DNA of 64,000 nt from Verrucomicrobiota bacterium. Its GTDB lineage: Bacteria; Verrucomicrobiota; Verrucomicrobiia; Limisphaerales; AAA164-E04. Positions 1 through 12,500 of the stretch are shown here, piece by piece. Position numbers and translations under genes: made by a program. The notes beneath the pieces were generated by a model, which was not told the DNA's origin, did no database searches, and was given only the letters and a program-made list of their open reading frames with translations. The stretch spans positions 1,568,001 through 1,632,000 of the forward strand of contig CP170459.1 of assembly GCA_047947115.1 (NCBI GenBank), in the 5' to 3' direction. Within the stretch, counting starts at the first letter, position 1. Each line of letters begins with the position of its first letter.

Positions 1-387
1 GTGATGGTTTTCGACGGCCTTGTGGCGTTTGGCTTCATCGGCGTCACCGAGGTTGCCTTCGCCATCGATCATGATGAGCACATTCTGGACACCTTCACCT
101 TCGGCACGTTTGCGCATTTCCATCAGGTATCCACCGTCGGTTGCCTTGTCTTTAAAGAACTGATTGACGTATTCGACGGCTTCGATGCCGAACTCGCGTT
201 TGGCGACCTTGGCGTAATCGAGATGGTTCAATTTACCTCCGAAAAGGGTTTTATGCAGTGACCATTCCGCCAGGGATATTTTGAACAACGGGTCCTTGGC
301 GGCGCTCAATGCGGGTGCGAGGGAGAAGGCTCCCATCGCCAGACCTGCTTGTTTGATAAAATGACGACGATTCATGGATGGCTTCAT
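1..387 (-). CDS. Tat-exported sugar phosphate isomerase/epimerase (xylose-isomerase-like TIM barrel), runs off window edge
   Basis: Not in ORF track; manual translation from ATG 387: [78 protein letters not shown]...; twin-Arg signal NRRHF, open to position 1. Confidence 0.8.
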   Translation of the reverse strand, partial: MKPSMNRRHFIKQAGLAMGAFSLAPALSAAKDPLFKISLAEWSLHKTLFGGKLNHLDYAKVAKREFGIEAVEYVNQFFKDKATDGGYLMEMRKRAEGEGVQNVLIMIDGEGNLGDADEAKRHKAVENHH

Positions 388-396
388 TTTGTGTAA

Positions 397-1776
397 TTAG
401 TCTTGTTGAGTGGATGTTTGTGAGTTGCTTTTTTGTTCCTTGAACAGTGCCAGGAACACGACCATGACGATGGCTGCAAAAACAGCCGGTTTGCCCCAGA
501 GCGGTTTCCATTCCAGAGATTTTAACTCCGATTTGCGTGCGGCTTTGGCTTCTTCTTCGAGAATGGCAATCTGGTTTTGCAGTGCCTCTTTTTCACCTTC
601 AGCAATGGTGGGCAATTGATCCTTGAGGCCTTGAGCTTCGGTTGTTTTGGCCTGGACTTCTGCTGCAAAGGTGGCTGCTGCTTCCGGTGTGTGTTTGGCT
701 TCAATGTTCCCTGCGATCTGCGCTCCGATAAACATGCCAAGTCCAAGGGTGAACAAAACCAGCATACCCTGAGCTTGTGCCCGGATTTGTTTCGGCGCAA
801 AGCGATCGGTGTAGATCTGACCAGTGACAAAGAAGAAATCGTAGCAAATACCGTGGATGACAACACCTGTGAGGATCATCCATCGTACCTCGTCCGGAGC
901 GCCGATGGCAAACAATCCATATCGAACCACCCAGGCCAACATGCCGACCGCCAGCATCCATTTGACACCGAGGCGCGCAAAAAAGAAGGGCATGATCACC
1001 ATGAAAAAGATCTCCGACATCTGTCCGTAGGACATGGTCTGGCCGATGGGCAGTCCGGTCATTTCAACGACACGGCTGGCGATCTGGTAGTAGAACGCCA
1101 AAGGGATGCAGATCAGGAAGGAAGATATCATGAATACCAGATAGGAGCGGTTCTTCAAGAGGACCAAGGCATCCAATCCAAGAATCTGTCCCAAGGTGAT
1201 TTTTCCTTCCTGTTTGTTTGGTGGGGTGTGGGGTAACATGAAGCTGACCACTCCCAGTGCCAGTGAAGCAACAGCGGTCAGGTAGAACATTGAAATGGAT
1301 GTATCCCACGCCAATCCTGTCAAAAGGAGACCTGCCGCGATCCATCCGATGGTTCCGAAAACACGGATGAGAGGAAATTCTTTATCTGGATTGGTCATGT
1401 TTTTCATGGCCAAAGTGTTGGAAAGTGCCAGTGTCGGGTAATAGGTCAGCATGTATCCAAAGAAAACCCAGTTGATCAAACCCGGAGAGGGTTCCGCCAC
1501 CTTCATCAATCCAGTTGCAGCCAGCATGATAAGTCCGCCGGCAAAGTGCATCACGCCCATGACACGCTGGGCGGCGAAAAACCGGTCTGCGATCATCCCC
1601 ACAAAGAAAGGGGAAATAATTCCAGCCAAGGGGCCAACAGAATAGGTCCATCCAAAATCTTTGGCTCCAAAACCGATGGTACCCAAATAATTGGGCGCTG
1701 TTACATACCAGGCTCCCCAGACGAAAAACTGGAGGAACATCATGACCGACAATTGAATTCTTACGATTGGGTTCAT
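397..1776 (-). CDS. MFS nucleoside:H+ symporter family (NupG/XapB-like) permease
   Basis: 459 aa, ~12 hydrophobic segments, N-terminal [25 protein letters not shown] and [15 protein letters not shown] motifs. Confidence 0.85.
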   Translation of the reverse strand: MNPIVRIQLSVMMFLQFFVWGAWYVTAPNYLGTIGFGAKDFGWTYSVGPLAGIISPFFVGMIADRFFAAQRVMGVMHFAGGLIMLAATGLMKVAEPSPGLINWVFFGYMLTYYPTLALSNTLAMKNMTNPDKEFPLIRVFGTIGWIAAGLLLTGLAWDTSISMFYLTAVASLALGVVSFMLPHTPPNKQEGKITLGQILGLDALVLLKNRSYLVFMISSFLICIPLAFYYQIASRVVEMTGLPIGQTMSYGQMSEIFFMVIMPFFFARLGVKWMLAVGMLAWVVRYGLFAIGAPDEVRWMILTGVVIHGICYDFFFVTGQIYTDRFAPKQIRAQAQGMLVLFTLGLGMFIGAQIAGNIEAKHTPEAAATFAAEVQAKTTEAQGLKDQLPTIAEGEKEALQNQIAILEEEAKAARKSELKSLEWKPLWGKPAVFAAIVMVVFLALFKEQKSNSQTSTQQD

Positions 1777-1957
1777 TGTTTTTTAATGGTTCGATGCTTT
1801 GATAGGGCTCAATTCTTGAAAAGGGATCAGCCCGGCATACAATTTCTCCTGCACACCGTTCGGACGGCACCGGGGAAATCGCTGAGAGGCTAAGGGATTC
1901 AGACCCCATATAGCAAGCTCATTGATTCGTGATGATGGACCTGAGGAATGATCATAG

Positions 1958-2097
1958 GTAGACCGGATCGTCCCTGATCCAGCCCGCGAGAGGTGCGATG
2001 GGGGAGCGGGGTTTTGGGCGCGGTTGGGTTTTCCGTTAAGGAGGGGAAGCGGGGGATGGTAGGCACAAGGATTGCGCGCCGAGACGCCACGCTCTAC
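1958..2097. repeat. Degenerate GTAG...CTAC REP doublet
   Basis: GTAG at 1958 followed by imperfect hairpin CCGGATCG-TCCC-TGATCCAG; inverted partner ending CTAC at 2094-2097 (reverse complement GTAGA-GCGTGGC-GTCTC-GGCGCGC). Confidence 0.4.
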
Positions 2098-2136
2098 CTG
2101 GGGTTTATTTACTATTCACTATTTTAAATTCACCAT

Positions 2137-3825
2137 TTATTTCGGCTTCCACGGAGCCTTCAAGGAAATGGTGCGGTTGAATATGATTTGGTCGGGAGTG
2201 GAATCTTTTGAATCCAGGCAGAAATAGCCGACGCGTTCGAACTGATAACGTTCGTCTTTGCTGGCGTTTTTAAGGCTGGGTTCGAGTTTGCAGTCCTTTA
2301 GGACGGACAGTGATTCCGGATTAAGAAATTCTTTGTAGTCCTTCTTGTCCTTGTCAGCGTCCGGCTCTTCAACGGTGAAGAGTCGTTCGTAAAGGCGGAC
2401 CTCTGCGTCCACGGCATGTTGGGCGGAGACCCAATGGATGGTTCCTTTGACTTTTCGTCCGGCGGTGGCACCTCCACTTTTGGAATCCTGATCGACAGTG
2501 GCACGGATTTCCACCACATTGCCAGTCTCATCCTTGACGACTTTTTCGCATTTCAGGATGTAGGCGTAGCGCAGGCGGACCTCTCCTTCAGGCTTGAGTC
2601 GGAAGAATTTTTTGGGAGCGTCCTCCATGAAATCCTCCTGTTCGATATAGATTTCACGGGTGAAGGGCAGGATACGTGTTCCGGCTTCGGGGTTTTCGGG
2701 ATTGTTGATGGCTTCAAGTTCTTCGTAGTGATCCTCAGGAAGGTTTTCGATGACGACTTTAAGTGGTTTGAGTACCCCCATGACACGTAATGCGCGTTTG
2801 TTCAGATCCTCGCGGATACTGTGTTCCAGCACGGCGATGTCGGTCAATCCATCGTATTTTGTGATGCCAATCCGCTTGCAGAAGTGTCGGACGGATTCTG
2901 CGGTAACTCCACGTCGTCGGAGTCCCGAGATGGTGGGCATGCGGGGATCATCCCATCCGGAAACGTTCTTTTCTTGCACGAGCTGTAGCAGTTTGCGTTT
3001 GCTCATTACGGTATAACCGAGATTCAGTCGGGCAAATTCGATCTGTCTTGGTAGCGGGCGTGGAAGGTTGACGTTTTCCAGGATCCAGTCGTAGAGCGGA
3101 CGATGCACCTCAAATTCCAGTGTGCAGAGCGAGTGGGTGATGCCTTCGATGGCGTCGCTCAGGCAGTGGGCGAAGTCATACATTGGGTAGATTGGCCAGG
3201 CGTCTCCGGTGCGGTGGTGGTGCACGCGCCGGATCCGATACAGGGCCGGGTCTCGCATGTGTATGTTGGGGGACGCCATGTCGATTTTGGCACGCAAGGT
3301 TTTGCTGCCGTCTTCGAATTCACCGGCGCGCATGCGTGCGAAGAGGTCGAGATTTTCTTCCACGGACCGATCGCGGTTGGGGCTTTCTTCACCGGCACGG
3401 GTGGGTGTTCCACGTGTACGCATGAAATCTTCGGCCGAAAGATCGCAGACGAAGGCTTTGCCGGCTCTGATCAGGTCCTGAGCAAAGGCGTAGAGTTTTT
3501 CAAAGTAATCGGATGCAAAAAACTGATTCTCCTTCCAATCGAATCCCAGCCAGCGGACGTCTTCCTTGATGGAGTCCACATATTCGGTGTCTTCGCGGGT
3601 TGGGTTGGTATCGTCGAATCGCAGGTGGCAGGTGCCCTGATTTTCCTGCGCAACGCCAAAGTTCAGGCAGATGGACTTGGCGTGTCCTATGTGCAGGTAG
3701 CCGTTGGGTTCCGGTGGGAACCGGGTGATGATATGGTTGTGCTTGCCCGAGGCGAGGTCGCCCTGGACGATCTCGCGGATAAAGTCCAATGAGTCGTTCG
3801 ATTCGTTTGATGCTTCCGATGCCAT
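2137..3825 (-). CDS. glnS: Glutamine--tRNA ligase
   Basis: [17 protein letters not shown] (HIGH) and VMSKR motifs; anticodon-binding domain with [13 protein letters not shown] 3825 preferred over TTG 3837. Confidence 0.97.
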   Translation of the reverse strand: MASEASNESNDSLDFIREIVQGDLASGKHNHIITRFPPEPNGYLHIGHAKSICLNFGVAQENQGTCHLRFDDTNPTREDTEYVDSIKEDVRWLGFDWKENQFFASDYFEKLYAFAQDLIRAGKAFVCDLSAEDFMRTRGTPTRAGEESPNRDRSVEENLDLFARMRAGEFEDGSKTLRAKIDMASPNIHMRDPALYRIRRVHHHRTGDAWPIYPMYDFAHCLSDAIEGITHSLCTLEFEVHRPLYDWILENVNLPRPLPRQIEFARLNLGYTVMSKRKLLQLVQEKNVSGWDDPRMPTISGLRRRGVTAESVRHFCKRIGITKYDGLTDIAVLEHSIREDLNKRALRVMGVLKPLKVVIENLPEDHYEELEAINNPENPEAGTRILPFTREIYIEQEDFMEDAPKKFFRLKPEGEVRLRYAYILKCEKVVKDETGNVVEIRATVDQDSKSGGATAGRKVKGTIHWVSAQHAVDAEVRLYERLFTVEEPDADKDKKDYKEFLNPESLSVLKDCKLEPSLKNASKDERYQFERVGYFCLDSKDSTPDQIIFNRTISLKAPWKPK

Positions 3826-4039
3826 AGATTGATTCAATAAGCTTTCAACGATTCCTGATCGTTATCCGGAAGACGATACCGATGCTGTCGAGCAAGGCAA
3901 CGCCAATGTGCTGGTTTTGTGATTGTTTTGGCAAGTTTGCCCCGGAGATTTGATTGTTTGGAGGGGGGAGAGATTTGTATCGGGGGTTTTGATTTATCAT
4001 TTTTCAGTTCCGGACCTTTGTGCTAAGGTCTGCTCCAAC

Positions 4040-5635
4040 ATGCAAATAACAGGTAAACATTTGATTGGGGATACATTGGGAGCGGTTGGACAGGAAACGT
4101 TTCAGGCTTCTAACCCGTCCACGCAAGTGGCTTTGGAGCCCGCTTTTCATGAGGCGACAGTTGCGGAAGCCGGGATGGCTCTGCGTTTGGCCCAGGAGGC
4201 TTTCGATCCATTTCGCAGCAAATCGCCTGAAGAACGCGCTCAGTTTCTGGAGGCCATAGCCGATGAAATCATGGCATTGGGCGAACCTTTGTTGGAACGG
4301 GCGCACCTGGAAACTGGGTTGCCTATGGCCAGGCTGACCGGTGAGCGTGGTCGCGCTGTGAATCAGGCAAAGCTTTTTGCCCAGGTCATTCGCGAAGGTT
4401 CCTGGGTGGATGCCCGCATCGATCAGGCGATTCCGGATCGGCAACCACTGCCTAAACCGGACGTGAGGCGTATGTTGGCCCCCATTGGACCGGTCGTTGT
4501 ATTTGGTGCCAGTAATTTTCCATTGGCCATTTCCGTGGTGGGATCCGACACGGTTTCCGCTTTGGGGGCAGGGTGTCCGGTTGTAGTAAAGGGGCATCCG
4601 GGGCATCCCGGGGTGTGTGAGATGTTGGGGCGTGCCGTTCAGAATGCGGTCAAGAAATGTGGTTTGCCGCCCGGTGTGTTTTCCATGTTGCAGGGAGCAG
4701 GGCATGAACTTGGTGTGGCCTTGGTTCAACATCCGTTGACACAGGCGGTTGCTTTTACAGGATCACTGCGCGGAGGGCGTGCTTTGTTTGACGTGGCCAA
4801 TGCCCGCAAGGAACCCATTCCTTTCTATGGCGAGATGGGAAGTGTGAACCCTGTGTTCATCCTGCCCGGAGCGGCGGCGGAACGGGGTGACGCGATTGCC
4901 GAACAGTATGTCCAGTCGGTGACTCTCGGGGTTGGGCAGTTCTGCACGAATCCCGGCATGCTGATCGGGTTGAAAGGTGACTCTCTGGATCGACTGGCTC
5001 AAAAAACGGCGGAAGCAGCCGGCAACGCCGGGCCTTCAACCATGTTGCATCAGGGTATCTGCCGGTCTTTTGATGCGGGGCTGGAAAAACTGAGGAGCAT
5101 TCCCGGGGTTCAAACCCTGGGAAGTTCTACGACGGCATCGGATTCCTCCAAAACACAGGCTGCTTGTCACATTTTCGAGGCGGATCTCAGCACCTTGTTT
5201 GCACATCCGGAATTGAAGGAGGAAAACTTCGGTCCCTCCTCTGTTTTTCTGAAGGGGGATTCCGCCGAACAACTGGAACAGGCTGCCGAAGGTTTGGAAG
5301 GGCAGCTGACTGCCACCATTCATGGAACTGAAGAAGATCTTCAAAATCATGCCCGGCTCGTTCAAATTCTGCAACGCAAGGTGGGGCGTTTGATTTTTAA
5401 CGGATTTCCCACGGGAATTGAGGTCTGTCCGTCCATGCACCATGGAGGTCCTTATCCTTCCACCACGCACACTCACTTTACCTCGATCGGAACGGCTTCG
5501 ATTACCCGGTTTGTGAGGCCTCTCTGTTTTCAGGGATTTCCGGATGCCGCCCTGCCAGCGGAACTCCGTAATCGAAACGAGCGAGGCATTCTTCGTATGG
5601 TGGACGGGAAATATACCACAGACGATGTGAAATGA
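4040..5635 (+). CDS. NADP-dependent aldehyde dehydrogenase, 2,5-dioxovalerate/alpha-ketoglutaric semialdehyde dehydrogenase-like
   Basis: VVFGASNFPLA, FTGSLRGG, EMGSVNP, GQFCTNPG catalytic Cys, ENFGP, HGGPYPST; ATG at 4040. Confidence 0.9.
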   Translation: MQITGKHLIGDTLGAVGQETFQASNPSTQVALEPAFHEATVAEAGMALRLAQEAFDPFRSKSPEERAQFLEAIADEIMALGEPLLERAHLETGLPMARLTGERGRAVNQAKLFAQVIREGSWVDARIDQAIPDRQPLPKPDVRRMLAPIGPVVVFGASNFPLAISVVGSDTVSALGAGCPVVVKGHPGHPGVCEMLGRAVQNAVKKCGLPPGVFSMLQGAGHELGVALVQHPLTQAVAFTGSLRGGRALFDVANARKEPIPFYGEMGSVNPVFILPGAAAERGDAIAEQYVQSVTLGVGQFCTNPGMLIGLKGDSLDRLAQKTAEAAGNAGPSTMLHQGICRSFDAGLEKLRSIPGVQTLGSSTTASDSSKTQAACHIFEADLSTLFAHPELKEENFGPSSVFLKGDSAEQLEQAAEGLEGQLTATIHGTEEDLQNHARLVQILQRKVGRLIFNGFPTGIEVCPSMHHGGPYPSTTHTHFTSIGTASITRFVRPLCFQGFPDAALPAELRNRNERGILRMVDGKYTTDDVK

Positions 5636-6489
5636 TTCAGTTTCCTTTCCATCGGTTTCAGGCTGCATGTCCGGGTTTGTCCGTCGCGGTGGCTGTCACA
5701 TTAATGACAGCTTGCGGACCTTCGCCCAGGGGGGAAACCGGTTCATCCCCAGGAAATCGAGTTTCTTCAGGATCAGCCGAAGGTCCGGTGTTGCAAGATT
5801 CCCTCGGGCAGGCTGCCGAAACGGTCAGTTCAGATGAGCCCGGGCTTGCCGACGGCCATGCCGAGCCTGAGACTGTTGTCGAAGATTTCGAGATGCCCTC
5901 CCTCATGGATTACGCCGAGGCTGAGGAAGCGATGACCGAGGGGACGGAGCTCTTGTCTCAAGGTGATTTCGAAAAAGCCATCGAACAGTTTGAATTTGCC
6001 AGGAAAATAGACTCTGAAAATGAAGAGGTTTATTTCAATCTGGGCTACGCTCTGACAAGGGTGGGCAGGAAAGAGGAGGCCATCGCCGCTTACGAGAAGA
6101 CCATTAAAATTTTTCCCGATTACGGTGAGGCCCATAATAATCTTGGAAACCTTCTGATGAACCGGAAATCGTTCGACAAAGCTGTCGAACATTTCAGGGT
6201 GGCGCTGGAGATCAATCCGGATCATGCCGTGGCCCATAACAACCTGGGCACGGCTCTCAGTCGTCAAAGCAAGTTCAATGAAGCGATGCCTCACTTTTTC
6301 AAAGCAACCCAGTTGGATGACGGCTACATTCAGGCCTGGTGCAATCTGGGCAACGCCTATGTTTCTCTGGGACGTTTCGAGGAGGCTTCAGGGGCATTCC
6401 AAAATGCCCTGAGTATTGATTCAACCTTTCCCCCCGCCCTCCGTGGCATGCAGCGTCTCCAAGTCAAAGCTGGCGGCCTGTCGAGGTAG
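5632..6489 (+). CDS. Tetratricopeptide-repeat protein, possible lipoprotein
   Basis: About 5 TPRs (YFNLGYAL, AHNNLGNLL, AHNNLGTAL, AWCNLGNAY); LMTAC lipobox-like; ATGA overlap with upstream gene. Confidence 0.85.
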   Translation: MIQFPFHRFQAACPGLSVAVAVTLMTACGPSPRGETGSSPGNRVSSGSAEGPVLQDSLGQAAETVSSDEPGLADGHAEPETVVEDFEMPSLMDYAEAEEAMTEGTELLSQGDFEKAIEQFEFARKIDSENEEVYFNLGYALTRVGRKEEAIAAYEKTIKIFPDYGEAHNNLGNLLMNRKSFDKAVEHFRVALEINPDHAVAHNNLGTALSRQSKFNEAMPHFFKATQLDDGYIQAWCNLGNAYVSLGRFEEASGAFQNALSIDSTFPPALRGMQRLQVKAGGLSR

Positions 6490-6530
6490 AGCAGGCTTTG
6501 CGTTCATCTGTGGCAACTGCGGATGGACTT

Positions 6531-9500
6531 CTATCTCTCGGCTCGCAGCCGGTAAAACGATTGGATGGGATTCTTTGTCTCCACAATGATCTCCAGATGT
6601 TGCTCTGAGTTTTTTGGAGTGGTCCGTGCTGCTTCCTCCCAAGCGCCGCTCTGGATGGAGGAAGTGGATTCAATGACGTAGGTCACTTCCGGTTGTGCTG
6701 TAAACCCAAATAGGATTTGCCCGCCGCTGTTCCTCAGTTCAAAACTTGAGAACTTCAGGATGCTGTTCGCATCGTTTGGATCCGTTGCCGCCAGGAATTC
6801 ATTAACGTTCAGGAATCCATCGCCGTCTGCATCGAGAAAAGCATCCAGGGGATCTGCCGGATCAAGTCCGTTCGCCAGTTCCCAGGCATCGTCCATTTCA
6901 TCCGCATCGGCGTCAGCAGCCTGGCCGCCATTCAACTTGAAGGTGGACCAGTTGTTTGGGTTGCTTCCGTCTCCGTCCAGTTTGATGCGCAGTAGTCCAA
7001 ATCCTTGGCCGTCCGCTTCTCTGGGCCAGGGGAGTTCGTTGTCGTATTGTACTTCATCCATGACCAGATATGGGGCAAATCCGGCGTCCGGATCGGGTGG
7101 GCTCAGGGGCTCGTCCGGCCAGAGCAGTCGGATGGATTCGCCGATGTTGTCGAGTTTGCCCAGGTAGGGGCCCAGGACGGGGACATCGGTCGGGATTTGG
7201 TATTTCTGACGAAATGCGTCCGGATCGGTTTCTGTGACAATCAGTCGGCCTTGGGCTGCGATCCGTTGATTGACGGGGAAATCGAATTCAATTCCGCCCC
7301 GAATCTGCCAGGTGTTTTGAGGGAAACTGATATCGAACAACGGGAGGTCTCTGTTGGTGCGGTTCCTTAATTCGATGAACTCATCGTTGTCAATAGTTGG
7401 GTGATACATGACACGTCCCACTACGATCGGCCCTGCATAGGGTTCCGCGTTGGGTGCTCCGGCTCCCTGAAGGAATAACGAAAGCGCCTCCTGAGGGTCG
7501 GTGTTTCGCAGATTGGTTCCGAATGTTTGATGGCTCAGTGTGCGAATGGTATCTGCCCCGTCGGGATAGCGTCCCATGGATCTCCCGTTTTCGGATGCGG
7601 GGAATTCAACTGCATCGACAAATGCAATGATGTTTCCGCTGGTATCGGCCTGGGTCAAATGAACGGTTTCGCCGAATGCGGAACTCAAGGCAAAAGGAAC
7701 CCGCGGATTATTGGTCAGGAATGCTGTTTCGTAAATGACTTGAAATCCATTGGGAACGATTACCGTTCCTGCCGGAATCTGGTATTTTTTCAGATCTTCC
7801 TCTTCATCGCTCAGGAACCAGCCACTGAGGTCGACCGGTGTGGCTCCCGGATTGAACAATTCGATGGCATCCACAAACGGAGGGTCGGTGTGCGCCAGGA
7901 TTTCATTGATTACCACGCTTGGGCGCGTTTCTGTTCCATAGGTTCCCGGGGTGCCATGCACCTTGGCACTTGCTTCCCAGTGATCCGGGTCATCGACATC
8001 TCCCTGCAATGATACCGCCTGAAGAGAACTACCCAGTCCGTCTGCGCGTTTGGGCCAGTTGTTAGAGTCATCATACCGTACCGAAAAAACCACATTGGCA
8101 TCGGCGTCCACAAAAGTGATGCGTTCACCTTCGTCGGCCAATCGACCTTCGAATGATCCGGCTGCAAGACGCATCCCGGTATTTCCGTAAAAGGAAAGGA
8201 AAGCGTCTCGATCGCCGGCGATCACGATGCTTTCGCCCGGAGCAAGCAGCACTGCTCCAAATTGGTAACGGATGCCTTCGATAAACTCGCCGCCGGCCAG
8301 ATCAACAGTGCCCGATCCTGTATTGGTCAATTCGATGAATTCCACATCTGACGGCGGGAAGGGGTGATACATGATTTCCGTGGGACGAATGGACAACGCC
8401 AGATCGCTGGCCAGTGAAGGATCGACCAGCATCGCAAAATCGACGTTCACATCGGCTCCGATCGCTTCGCTGGTGGTCATGAAAGGTCCACCTTCCACGA
8501 TGGTTGTGTCCGGCGCCAGGGTGGTGGACGCAATGCTGCGCCAGATGCCTGAATCTCCTGTTTCGAAATAAAGAGTGTCGGCTTGACGTCGAATGCGGAC
8601 GGTGGCGGCGTTGACAGTCAGTTCTTGCTGCCCCAAAACGGTGGTCGGGGTGGTTCGTGAAACGGTTCGGGCCACCAGTCTGTTGCCGTCTTCAACCCCC
8701 ACTGCGAACCAACTGTCTCTTCCTTCTTCCTTTGAACTGATCATGATACCAGCCCAGGTTCCGTCGCCCAGGTTGGAATCGAGTCGGAATTTGCCGTGCA
8801 GGGACCAGTCGGAATTTGCCGGCAACAGGCGTGCCATGTAAGGGAATTTGGCTTGAGACTGTCTCCAGGGGCGGGGTTCATCGCCGGTGATGTGGATGGT
8901 CAGATGGCCCGGCCTGTTTTCCAATGAAAACCAGACTCCCTCCGGATGATTGTCGGCGAAGCGTCCTCCACGAATCTGCCACCAGGGATCGAGAGTTGAA
9001 TTGCCAAAACCACTGAATCCATGGCGCCCGTAAATCGACGCTTCTCTTTTCTCGCTCACCAGATTGCCGGCTCCGTCCCGGGTGCTGGCTTCAATGGAAT
9101 ACCAACCGGGCCTGGGGAACTGCACTGAGGCCCGGTTTGGAGGGTCTTCGGTCAACGCCACTCCTGTCTGTTGATGTTTCCAGGAGATTCTCAGATTGTC
9201 TCCTTCCGGATCGTAGCTCTGGCCGGCATCCAATTTGAGCGATTCATCGAGATCCATGTTCCAGGATGCAGGGCTTGCATCAATGGAAAGGACTGGAACC
9301 GCATTTCCGTTGCGTGAGACCGAGATCTGTGTGGTTTCCCGTATGTTGCCCCATTGATCCAGTCCATGCAGCGTCAGCGTATTCAGTCCTTCTCGAGTGC
9401 GGATGGATTCCAGTTTCCATTCGGTTTCGTCGATTCGTGTGAAACGGGCCTGGGGTTGGCCTTCCACGATGACAGAGAACACACCAGAGGAGGATTGGCC

Positions 9501-12500
9501 TTGCAGAGTGATGGTTTCATCGGATGTTTCGAAATCAGCCCCGTTGTTCGTGGAGACATTCAATCCGAGCCCGGCAGTGCGTCTGAGTTGGTTTAGACCG
9601 TATCTTTCTCTGGACCGGAACCAATTGGTGTAGGTGCTGCGATTCACATTATAGCTGCTGCTGGCTGCTTCTTCCGCATCCAGCCAGGCAAGCATGCGGG
9701 GGGATTCATGCGTGTATTGATCGAGCAACTCGGTCAGGTAATACTGGAAAAGGCGCATGTTGTAAGGCTGGCGGATGTAAGTGTCGACCTTGGGTAATCC
9801 CTGGAAAAACGGGGCGCCGACATTTCCAAAGGTCAAGTCACTGTCCCAGTGCAGAAATTGGAATTTGCCGTCTGTTGCGCGACGATACATGTAGCCGTTT
9901 TTGCCTCGTCGCAATGAGATGGAATCCCAATCGTCTATGTATCCCCTTACCACAAACATTTTCATGATGGCTTCGGGGTCGGCCAGTCGCTCGATCTCTT
10001 TCTGATCGTAGTTTCCCGAGGCGGTTTGAAACAGGCGAATCAAGGCGCTGAAGTTATCTTCTGTCTCGCGCGTTCGCTTCATCCATTCGGTGCGGTAGCG
10101 TCCCGGGTTATCGCTGTTTTTGTAGTTCCAGGATGCGTCCTGATTTTGACGGTCCCAGGTATCCCGGAACCACCATTCATCATCGATGCGGTATAAATCA
10201 CCATCGCTTCCCATATCGAAATTGCGATCCAGGAATTCATTTCCGACCGGCTCGGTGTCTTCCCTTAATTGCGGACTCCCGTTGTTGATCATGGTGTGTA
10301 TGAACTCGTTTTCGTTCACTGGGTGACCCAGGAGGTAAAGCATGTAGCGGGCAATACGGTTGTGATGCCGTCTTCCCCCGTTGGCGGCATCGTTGTCCCA
10401 CCTGTGTTTGACACGTCCCCGAAACGGTCGATCCTGGGGGAGTTTGATTTTGGCTCGGTCCAGGTTGCCGCCTCGTGTCCATGGACTGCCGGAGTTTCTT
10501 ATCCCGGCGTTGTAAATGATGTCCTGCTCATTGGAGATGAATGTGGCATTGAAGTAATGATTCGAAAGCCGAGGAAAGTCGTAGTCATACTTGCTTGTCT
10601 CCCCGCTGGAAATAGCTCCCATGTCATAGGCTGAAACCACCATGCGTACCGTGCGTAAATCGGTGTTGATCGATCGATTGTCCACAACATAAAGAGCAGG
10701 AGCGTTGGGGCCGTTTTTGGGCAGGTGTTGGATCTCTCCTTTGACCGTTTTGGCTTCCACATAAAATTGAACAATCCGTCCGTTCACTCGATAGGACGTC
10801 AGGTCCTGGCTGTATTGACCGTCCCCTGCCACTGAATCACCTCCTGAAATTCCGTCATCGTGCATTTCGTCGAAATCCCAGGTGCCTGAATTATTCGAGT
10901 TGTCCAATCGGTGATACACGCGGACATATTCCAGTGCTTCGGTGGATTGTACATTTGCAGTGATGGACACCACATCGGCACTTGTTGGAACTGCTGGGGA
11001 ATGTTGCAAATGACCTAATTGCGGCGGAGGGGTTTCTTGCAATCTGGAGTTGGGTTTTGCGGGGGTGCCGAGTTGGGAAGGAATGGGAATGAGGAAGTTG
11101 TTGGCGATGCTGTGGTCCCAGGTGGAGAAGATCAGTCTGGGGGAACCGGATACCCAGCGCGCACTGAATCGGATCTCGTAATCCTCCCGCCGATTCATGG
11201 ATGTTGCGTCAATTTCGGTCCGGTTCGGGCGGTTGTCGCCGCGTCCATCGGAGATGAGGTGCATCACCCCTTCATCATCCATGTCAGTCTGCCAGTGATT
11301 TCCTTGTGCCAGCCAGCCAGTGGCACTGCGGTTGTTGCCGGACATGCGGTCTGCATTGTTGAGAATGTCGGTTCCGTCTCGAAGTCGAATCAATTGGATG
11401 TCGCGCAGCATGACATATCCATCGTTCACAAGATGGAAATAGATTTCCTTGTAATCGGTCGCGCTGCCGAAGGTGCGCAACTGCTGGAATGTGTCCTGAT
11501 AACGAAAGGTTTGCCAATCCGATTTGGAAGTCTCATCACTGGATCGCCAGGCGGAGCCGAACGCATTGTCTGCGTGGGGGTGGGTGAGTTCCAGGCTGCT
11601 TCCGCCTCCGTTGGCGAGTTCGGGCCATTCTCCTCCAGCTCTGTAGTCCACTTCGTCTGCAAGGTTACCCCATGGGTCCACCAGGCGAATGCGTTCGCCA
11701 TTGTTGCTCAATTGACCGTCGAATTCCCCTGCGACGGGGGGATTACCGTAAATTTCGCGGAAAGCATTTAAATCGGAGGCCACTATCAAGAAGGCGCCGG
11801 GTGCCATGGTGGTTCCGGCAGGAAACATGTAGCTGATGCCATCTTTAAATGCCCATCCGGTGAGATCAATCGTTTCGCTGCCACGATTAAAGAGTTCAAT
11901 GTATTCTCCCCTGGTCAAATTGGAGGGGGGGTCATACATGATTTCATTGATGACGATTTCAGTTCGGATGATCGGTTGATTCGCTGAATTCGGAGTGGGG
12001 GATTCGCTTGCATACCACTCTGTGCCACCTTCCGGAAACGCCTGCCAGGTCCATCCGAGACGTGGCGTGTCAAAACGATAAGCCTTCAACACTGTGTTCT
12101 GCCGGTTGACAATCGACAGGGTATGGCGCCCTTTGCCAAGTTTTGCCGGGGTGCTCACTTGCAACCTGCTCCCGGCTGGAATGACTTGTTCGATCAGGAT
12201 TGCGTCCTCGAACGCGTCAGCCAGCATGATGCGAAGCGTGTTGGCGGGAATTGGGTTGTTACCTTGGTTGAATACCTCCACCCACTCCAAGTCCCCGTCT
12301 TCTGAATAGTGTGCTTCGTTCAGATGCACTTCTGGCCGAATGCTGTCGCTTCCGTTCTGGTCGTCCGGTGTGGGCGTCGTAAATGCAAACCATGCAGCGC
12401 CGCCATCCGGCTTTCTTCCAATGGAGCGCCCATCCCGGGTAATGGTCGCCCGAATAGCTGAAAGGGGCGTTTTTCCATCCGGTGATGTCAGGTAAAGTGT

